Source: an uncultured Candidatus Saccharibacteria bacterium (GTDB lineage Bacteria; Patescibacteriota; Minisyncoccia; Phycocordibacterales; Phycocordibacteraceae). From it: a stretch of 48,442 bases of DNA. A program made the position numbers and the translations under genes. The stretch lies in NCBI GenBank assembly GCA_964364605.1, contig CAYIMJ010000001.1, positions 1-48,442 on the forward strand, read 5' to 3'. Numbering within the stretch: the first letter of the stretch is position 1; each line of letters opens with the position of its first letter. Below are positions 42,327 to 48,442 of this stretch, one piece after another. The notes beneath the pieces are model-generated. The model had not been told where the DNA came from and did not search any database. It saw only the letters and a program-made list of their open reading frames with translations.

Positions 42327-44147
42327 ATGTCACTACTCGATTTTCTCACCCGCAAAAAAGAACAGTCTCCGGCGATAACTCCGGTCCTACCGAAAGATAT
42401 CTACCAACAAGGATCCTTGGAGCTCGTCGACACTATCGCCCCAACGGCGCTTAAGATCAGTTCGCGCGAAATCGAGCTCGGCGAAAAATTCGTTCGCACT
42501 TTTTATACCATCTCCTACCCGCGCTTTCTCTCCGACAGCTGGTTCTCTCCCGTCATAAACCTCGACAAGGTGCTCGATATTTCTATATTCATTCACCCGA
42601 TAGAGACTGAGGTCGCGCTGCGCGGCTTCCAAAAGAAAGTTGCCGAGGTTCAGAGCCAGATTGGAGAGAGGGAAGCGAAGGGGCTCGTGCGCGACCCACT
42701 GCTCGATACCGCCTATCAAGACCTTGAGGCTTTGCGCGATAACCTGCAACAAGCTCAGGAGAAGCTCTTTAACGTCGGACTCTATCTCGCCCTCTATGGC
42801 GACTCCAAAGAGGAGATCGATAAGACCGAGGGTGATATTCGCGGAATCCTCGACGCTAAGCTTGTCTACACCAAGCCGGCACTCTTCCAGCAAGAACAAG
42901 GACTTCGTTCCTGTCTGCCGCTCGGCACCGACGAACTTCTCGTGAATTCGAAGCTGGACTCTTCACCCCTCTCCTCGCTATTCCCCTTCGTTTCCTTCGA
43001 CCTCACGAGTGATCGCGGCATACTCTACGGCATCAACCGTCACAACTCCTCGCTCATCCTCTTCGATCGTTTTTCGCTTGAAAACTATAACTCGGTGATT
43101 TTCGCAAAGTCCGGCTCGGGCAAGAGCTACGCGACGAAGCTTGAGCTCCTGCGCTCGCTTATGTTCGGCACCGACATCATCGTCATTGACCCTGAACGCG
43201 AGTATGAGCAGCTCGCGGAAGCGACCGGCGGACGCTCATTCAACATTTCGCTCTCCTCAGAGCACCACATCAATCCCTTTGATCTTCCGCCAGTGAAAGA
43301 GGATGAGGACCCAAAAAATATTCTGCGCTCCAACATCATCGCACTCGTCGGACTGTTCCGTATCATGCTCTCCGGCCTCACACCGGCGGAAGATGCTATC
43401 GTCGATCGCGCCATAAGCGAGACCTACGCACTCAAAGACATCACCGGCGACACTGACTTCACGGGCGCGGAATCGCCATCCCTTTCCGACTTCGAACAGG
43501 TGCTCTCCGGTATGGAGGGCAGCGAGTCACTCGTCGAGCGCCTCTCAAAATACACAAAGGGAACGTGGGCAGGGTTCCTTAACCAGCCGACGAACATCGA
43601 CCTAAAGCAGCAGTTCGTGGTCTTCTCAGTACGCGACATGGAGGACGAGCTCAAGCCCGTAGCGATGTATATCATCACACACTACATCTGGAACGCAGTG
43701 CGCCATGAGCTCAAGAAGCGACTGCTCGTCATCGACGAAGCCTGGTGGATGATGAAGAGCGAAGACACTGCGTCTTTCCTCTACTCGGTCGCGAAGCGCG
43801 GACGCAAATACTATCTTGGCGTCTGCACTATTACCCAAGACGTCGAAGACTTCCTTAAGAGCCCCTATGGGCGGCCGATTCTGACCAACTCTTCTTTGCA
43901 ATTGCTGCTGAAGCAATCTCCAACGACAATCGATGTGCTGAAAGAGACTTTTAATCTTACTGATGAAGAAAAGTATCTTCTTCTTGAAGCCGGAGTAGGG
44001 GAGGGACTTTTCTTTGCCGGATTAAAACATGTCGCCATCAAGATAGTCGCAAGCTACACCGAAGACCAGATAATCACCTCCGACCCATCGCAAGTCCTCG
44101 CGATTAAACAAGAAAAGGATCGCCATGTCCTTGCGCAGAAACAATAA
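42327..44147 (+). CDS. virB4: VirB4/TraC-like type IV secretion ATPase
   Basis: Walker A FAKSGSGKSYATK, Walker B LLVIDEAWWMM, plus the N-terminal VirB4-type domain (TFYTISYPRFLSDSWFSPV). Confidence 0.85.
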   Translation: MSLLDFLTRKKEQSPAITPVLPKDIYQQGSLELVDTIAPTALKISSREIELGEKFVRTFYTISYPRFLSDSWFSPVINLDKVLDISIFIHPIETEVALRGFQKKVAEVQSQIGEREAKGLVRDPLLDTAYQDLEALRDNLQQAQEKLFNVGLYLALYGDSKEEIDKTEGDIRGILDAKLVYTKPALFQQEQGLRSCLPLGTDELLVNSKLDSSPLSSLFPFVSFDLTSDRGILYGINRHNSSLILFDRFSLENYNSVIFAKSGSGKSYATKLELLRSLMFGTDIIVIDPEREYEQLAEATGGRSFNISLSSEHHINPFDLPPVKEDEDPKNILRSNIIALVGLFRIMLSGLTPAEDAIVDRAISETYALKDITGDTDFTGAESPSLSDFEQVLSGMEGSESLVERLSKYTKGTWAGFLNQPTNIDLKQQFVVFSVRDMEDELKPVAMYIITHYIWNAVRHELKKRLLVIDEAWWMMKSEDTASFLYSVAKRGRKYYLGVCTITQDVEDFLKSPYGRPILTNSSLQLLLKQSPTTIDVLKETFNLTDEEKYLLLEAGVGEGLFFAGLKHVAIKIVASYTEDQIITSDPSQVLAIKQEKDRHVLAQKQ

Positions 44148-44871
44148 ACCGTCTCCGCCAGAAGCGATGACATGGGGAAGAGCGCGGCCCGTTCTCGCTA
44201 TTTCTTTCGTATTCGACGCCCTGAGACTCTTCTTTGAGATGTTCTGGTTCTTCGGTCCGGCATTGGCCGCAGCGTATTGCACCTCAGTAGCAAGCGGTAC
44301 CCTGGCGACATGGACGTTCGGGTCGCTGGGAACAAAAGCAGCGGCAGCGGCGTGCTCTACTGTCGCGGCGGCGGGAGGGTCTCTACTTTCGGCACCGCTC
44401 ATTATCTTCGGCACCGTCATGGCAATGGCCGTCGGGCTCTTCGGCTGGCTCACGGTCGGACTTGTGCTCATGATGACTAATTCGCGCATATTCACAGAGC
44501 ATTCCGGGCACTCGCTCATGTCTATCATCGGTCTTGGCGTTTCCGAGTTACCGCTTATAGGAGCGCTTCCTGCGCTCACGGGCACGACATGGAAGATGTA
44601 CCACGCTCAAATCAAGACCGATGCAGAGGCTATGAAGAAATATGAGAAAGAAAATGCCGCCGCGAAATTACAGGAGCGCCGGCAGCAAGCTGCAGAACTT
44701 ATGCAGATTCAGGGAGCTCGCCTAAACCAAGTTCAGCAACAGGACGCCGAGCAGGAAGATGATGAATCCGAAGGCATGCAAACTAATGTGATACGTTTCC
44801 CTTCAGAGAGGGCATACGGGAGTGCGGTTGGGAAACAAAATATCCCCGATGAGATGCGCGAAGCAGCGTAA
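44125..44871 (+). CDS. polytopic membrane protein with C-terminal coiled coil (possible VirB6-like)
   Basis: About 4 TM helices, then a charged Q/E-rich tail. Overlaps the virB4-like 3' end by 23 nt. ATG 44167 is an alternative start. Confidence 0.5.
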   Translation: MSLRRNNKPSPPEAMTWGRARPVLAISFVFDALRLFFEMFWFFGPALAAAYCTSVASGTLATWTFGSLGTKAAAAACSTVAAAGGSLLSAPLIIFGTVMAMAVGLFGWLTVGLVLMMTNSRIFTEHSGHSLMSIIGLGVSELPLIGALPALTGTTWKMYHAQIKTDAEAMKKYEKENAAAKLQERRQQAAELMQIQGARLNQVQQQDAEQEDDESEGMQTNVIRFPSERAYGSAVGKQNIPDEMREAA

Positions 44872-44900
44872 CTACCCTGTGCAGGCTATATACTAGGAGC

Positions 44901-45896
44901 ATGCGTCTCAATCTCCTTACTGCCTCTGCTCTACTTATTCTCATCCTGCCTATCTCTGTCTCAGCGCAATCCCTGGAAAACTCGGCCGGAGATGCGCCCT
45001 TTACAGTCTCAGTAAATCCCCAATACCCGGCACCCTACAGCCAAGCAAGTTTATCCTTCCTTTCAGCCTCTCTTGATCTCACAAATGCGCTGCTCGCTGT
45101 CTCAGTTGCTGGTAAGGAGACCTATCGAGGAACGGTCCAGCCAGTCGGAATCACTCTTGGTAAAGCAGGGAGCGCTACGAATGTAAAAGTGACGATTTCT
45201 TCGGGCGGAGTAAATTATACTCAGACAATTTTTATACAACCCCAGGATGTGGCGATTATCGCTGAACCAATCTCTTCGGCCCCGCCTCTCTACCCAGGAA
45301 CGCCCCTCATACCGCTTGAAGGAAGCGTGCGAGTGGTCGCGGTGGCGAACCTGAGAGACGCAAGAGGGAAGACTCTCGACCCATCGACACTGTCGTACGC
45401 ATGGACGGTCGATACTACACAGATCGCAAACTCATCAGGTATCGGCAAGATGGCAATCATGGTCGCTTCGCCGCTCCAATACCGCGCTCGTTCAGTCTCA
45501 GTTGCAGTTACGAGCCAGAACGGGAGTCTTGTCGGAGGGGCGTCGCTCTCACTCACTGCCAAAGAACCCTTAGTACGTATCTACCGGAATGACCCTCTAC
45601 TCGGCATCCGTTTCAACCACGCCCTCTCGGGAGAATATCCCATCGCCGGCGCAGAGACGGCTCTCTATGCCGCACCGTTCTCACTACCAACTGCCGTCGG
45701 CGCACCACTCCTCCAGTGGTTCTTAGACGGTAGTCCCGCACAGACAGGGAATGCGATAACACTTCGCCCTACGGGAAGCGGCCAAGGGAATGCCTCCCTG
45801 TCGCTCGTAGCATCTGCGGGAAATTCCACGACAGCAACCGCAAACCTATCACTTTCCTTCGGTGCAAAACCGGGCTTTAATATATTCGGCCTATGA
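44901..45896 (+). CDS. secreted hypothetical protein
   Basis: Signal peptide MRLNLLTASALLILILPISVSAQS. TATACT lies 6 nt upstream of ATG. Confidence 0.65.
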   Translation: MRLNLLTASALLILILPISVSAQSLENSAGDAPFTVSVNPQYPAPYSQASLSFLSASLDLTNALLAVSVAGKETYRGTVQPVGITLGKAGSATNVKVTISSGGVNYTQTIFIQPQDVAIIAEPISSAPPLYPGTPLIPLEGSVRVVAVANLRDARGKTLDPSTLSYAWTVDTTQIANSSGIGKMAIMVASPLQYRARSVSVAVTSQNGSLVGGASLSLTAKEPLVRIYRNDPLLGIRFNHALSGEYPIAGAETALYAAPFSLPTAVGAPLLQWFLDGSPAQTGNAITLRPTGSGQGNASLSLVASAGNSTTATANLSLSFGAKPGFNIFGL

Positions 45897-45898
45897 GT

Positions 45899-45976
45899 CC
45901 CGTTAGAAATTCAAAACAATATATGGGTATTAAAAATATGTCGCAACAGGAGCACTCTGACTCTATTTCTAATGGG
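45899..45976. mobile_element. family-A inverted-repeat mini-element (78 nt, open in frame) at the 5' end of the pilin-like gene
   Basis: Arms CCCGTTAGAAAT (45899-45910) and ATTTCTAATGGG (45965-45976). ATGAGT lies upstream and GTGATGA downstream. Confidence 0.7.
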
Positions 45977-45979
45977 GTG

Positions 45980-46675
45980 ATGAAAAAAATAATACTCATG
46001 TCGAGCCTCTTTCTGCTTCTCGGATTCGCTCCGCATGTGCTAGCCCAAGGCGGATTCGTCCCTCTTGCACCTATTCCTGGCCTTACGGAAGGTGTGGCAG
46101 CAGACGAAGCAGGTCTCGCTAATTTCTTTAATAATCTCTACAAATACCTCATCGGTCTCGCCGCGACACTCGCTGTTATTGAGATAATTTGGGGAGGGCT
46201 TCAAATATCAACTCAGGACTCGGTCAGCAAACAGGGTGAGGGCAAAGAACGCATCCAGGAAGCAATCTTCGGCCTCGTGCTTGTTCTCTCGCCAGTCCTC
46301 GTCTTCTCCATAATCAACCCAAGCATTCTAAATCTCTCTCTCAACCTCCCGCCGATTGATACGACAGTAGCTCCGACACCCAGTGGGACTACATTGGCTG
46401 GTCCTACACCAGATAGTGCTACCGATATAATACAAAGCAACCAAAAATATACGGATCGATTTTATAAATGTTTGGACACTAGATGTGATGGGGCAAAAAA
46501 GTCGTGTAGTAATGACCCCCAAGCCAAATACCAGATTGAGAAATATATGTCCGTTGTGTGCTTTAAAGACGGCTCTATCGATCCAAAGGGAAGAACTTGG
46601 TTCTCTCTGGTTCCCTTTACCGATTATACGTGCGATGGTGGCGGAGTTCCGCACATTAAATGTATTATGAAATAA
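45980..46675 (+). CDS. TrbC/VirB2-like T4SS pilin candidate with Cys-rich C-terminal domain
   Basis: MKKIILMSSLFLLLGFAPHVLAQG signal peptide, then two hydrophobic helices (LYKYLIGLAATLAVIEIIWGGL; AIFGLVLVLSPVLVFSII). The upstream in-frame ATG 45893 would add 29 element-encoded residues. Confidence 0.6.
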   Translation: MKKIILMSSLFLLLGFAPHVLAQGGFVPLAPIPGLTEGVAADEAGLANFFNNLYKYLIGLAATLAVIEIIWGGLQISTQDSVSKQGEGKERIQEAIFGLVLVLSPVLVFSIINPSILNLSLNLPPIDTTVAPTPSGTTLAGPTPDSATDIIQSNQKYTDRFYKCLDTRCDGAKKSCSNDPQAKYQIEKYMSVVCFKDGSIDPKGRTWFSLVPFTDYTCDGGGVPHIKCIMK

Positions 46676-46703
46676 TACTGAAACAATCTGATCTTTTACT
46701 ACT

Positions 46704-47903
46704 ATGCGCCGCACATTTATTATCATCGCCATCGTGATTGTCCTCCTCGGGGTTGGGGTAGGGGTATATTTTTATCTTTCCACGCGCGCACCAAGCATCA
46801 CAGTCGCACCAACCGGAGGCACGGATTTGCCTGTCGCAGGGCAGGGAACACCGATTCCTACAGATGCCCCCGCGGGAGACGATCAGGGCGGGACGCCCGT
46901 ACCAGTTGGCGCACGGCTAGTGAAGATAACTACAGGCCCGATCGTATCAGGAATGATCGCAGTTGATATGAAACCTGTCGATGCGAGCTCATCACCAGAT
47001 GTCGCGATAGACTATATCGAACGGCAGAGCGGGAACGTATATTCCTACCAGGTTGGGGCTGCAACACTCACTCGCATCTCAAACAAAACCATCCCAGGCA
47101 TCCAGACGGCCTCATGGCTCCCTGACGCATCGCTTGCCTTCGTGCGCTACTTATCGGGCACCGATTTCTCCACCATCAACACCTATGCACTTCCTTCAAA
47201 TGGTTCTGATGGATTCTTTTTGCCGCAAAATCTCGCCGATGTAGCTGTCGCATCGACGAGCGTACTAACCCTCAGCTCGGGCGTAAATGGCTCTGTCGCT
47301 TCGCTCCGGCACACGGACGGCACGCCTATATCCACCGTATTCACAACACCGCTTTCCGCCTTGCGCGCTTCCTTCGCAGGGAAGAATCAGTACCTCGCCT
47401 TTTCGAAACCCTCTATGACACTTTCTGGAAGTGCATTTCTTGTCGACAGTACCGGGCACTTCTCGCGCATTGCCGGGCCACATAACGGCCTCGTGGCTCT
47501 CGCGAGCCCCTCAGGGAAATGGGTACTCGTAAGTTTTGCGTCCGACGGAGTGATGCATATGGAGCTTGTGAACACAACGACGGCCGAAGTCACACCGCTA
47601 CCTATCGGAACTATCGCCGACAAATGCGCGTGGACGGCTGACGATACTACGGTCTACTGCGGGATTCCGGTGAACCCATCTGCCGACCAAAATTACCCCG
47701 ATGATTGGTACCAGGGCGCCGTGCACTTCAGCGATCGGATATGGAAGATACAAGTTGCGGGCCGCTATGCGCAGCTCGTGCTTGATTTCCCAGAGGAAAC
47801 AAATGAATCTCTTGATGCTGAAGCTCTTGCAATCAACCCTACAAATACCGTACTCGTATTCACCAACAAGAACGATGGTTCGTTGTGGTCCTACCGGCTC
47901 TAG
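46704..47903 (+). CDS. membrane-anchored hypothetical protein (beta-rich, possibly propeller-like)
   Basis: N-terminal TM helix (FIIIAIVIVLLGVGVGVYFYL), then a Ser/Thr/Gly-rich beta-type sequence. Confidence 0.6.
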   Translation: MRRTFIIIAIVIVLLGVGVGVYFYLSTRAPSITVAPTGGTDLPVAGQGTPIPTDAPAGDDQGGTPVPVGARLVKITTGPIVSGMIAVDMKPVDASSSPDVAIDYIERQSGNVYSYQVGAATLTRISNKTIPGIQTASWLPDASLAFVRYLSGTDFSTINTYALPSNGSDGFFLPQNLADVAVASTSVLTLSSGVNGSVASLRHTDGTPISTVFTTPLSALRASFAGKNQYLAFSKPSMTLSGSAFLVDSTGHFSRIAGPHNGLVALASPSGKWVLVSFASDGVMHMELVNTTTAEVTPLPIGTIADKCAWTADDTTVYCGIPVNPSADQNYPDDWYQGAVHFSDRIWKIQVAGRYAQLVLDFPEETNESLDAEALAINPTNTVLVFTNKNDGSLWSYRL

Positions 47904-47916
47904 ATAGAGAAACTGT

Positions 47917-48442
47917 TTAAGTTTTTGTTACTGCGCGGCGCACATGCCACTCCTGGAGTGATCCTGCGAGATTCGTCGTAATGAAATAGAGTGCGATAGC
48001 TGTTGAGGTCGTATAGGAAATGGTCCCGATAAGGAAAGGGAACACGTATTTCAGCTGCAGCCCCATCACTTTCTGGAAATCCCCCTGCATCCCACCGCCA
48101 GTTGCGGGCTTCATGGTGCCCGAGAGGGACATGTGTGCCTGGAGGAATTGTGTGAGGCCCGCTAGCACCGCAAGAACGATACTCTTACCGGTTAGTGATA
48201 TAAGCCCTAGGAACTGGAGCGAGATGGTGTGGGGAACGGGAGTGAACCCGTATAGACGTGCCGTATTGATAACGGTAAACGGCTCGTAGAGAAACACCCA
48301 GTAGAGAGCGAGGAGGACGGGAATTTGAATAAAGACCGTAAGAATGCTCGCAAACGGGTTTACTCGTTCTTCACGATAGAGAGCGAGGGTTTCCAGCGCC
48401 TCTTTTTCTTTGTCTCCCTTATGCTTCTCTTTTAGTTCTTTT
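47917..48442 (-). CDS. yidC: membrane protein insertase YidC/Oxa1 family (5' end outside window)
   Basis: The frame stays open to the window edge. It reads KELKEKHKGDKEKEALETLALYREERVNPFASILTVFIQIPVLLALYWVF..., the YidC C-terminal core. Confidence 0.85.
   Translation of the reverse strand, partial: KELKEKHKGDKEKEALETLALYREERVNPFASILTVFIQIPVLLALYWVFLYEPFTVINTARLYGFTPVPHTISLQFLGLISLTGKSIVLAVLAGLTQFLQAHMSLSGTMKPATGGGMQGDFQKVMGLQLKYVFPFLIGTISYTTSTAIALYFITTNLAGSLQEWHVRRAVTKT

Noticed and set aside
1-48442. Looked for CRISPR arrays, rRNA genes, tmRNA, RNase P RNA, transposase or integrase genes and prophage structural genes.
   Set aside because: I found no regularly spaced direct repeats, no GAGGAAAGTCCGGGC-type RNase P box, no tmRNA tag or acceptor features, and no ORF with DDE, serine or tyrosine recombinase motifs.

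Overview
The window is a gene-dense, mostly housekeeping chromosome segment. Its gene content suggests a Patescibacteria/CPR-type bacterium, which is inference only: PrgI/VirB4-type cluster, type IV pilus operon, ComEC, a DKNYY protein, TasA-like proteins with SipW-type signal peptides, many short genes. I call about 58 CDS. They include xth, cca, rarA, HU, rny, clpP, ppa, nusA, pilB/pilC plus pseudopilins, tpiA, pgk, a HIT protein, recJ, rnhA, hicBA, comEC, sod, rpmB, an M50 protease, zwf, a VirB4-like ATPase and a partial yidC. I also call four tRNAs that the ORF track does not show: Arg-UCG, Gly-GCC, Pro-UGG and Gly-UCC. Several clean bidirectional intrinsic terminators are present. I saw no rRNA, CRISPR array or transposase. 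The most unusual signal is a family of inverted-repeat mini-elements with arms CCCGTTAGAAAT / ATTTCTAACGGG, with six complete copies. Four of them sit exactly at codon 2 of genes, with the start codon and following bases duplicated on both sides. Two are in-frame insertions inside comEC and recJ. A second palindromic family (GTATACCCCGTGAGAT) sits in promoter regions and carries outward-facing TATAC(T/A) boxes. Many genes have a TAnnnT box 6-9 nt upstream of ATG, which suggests leaderless mRNAs. All family calls come from motif recognition by eye. No alignments or folding programs were run.
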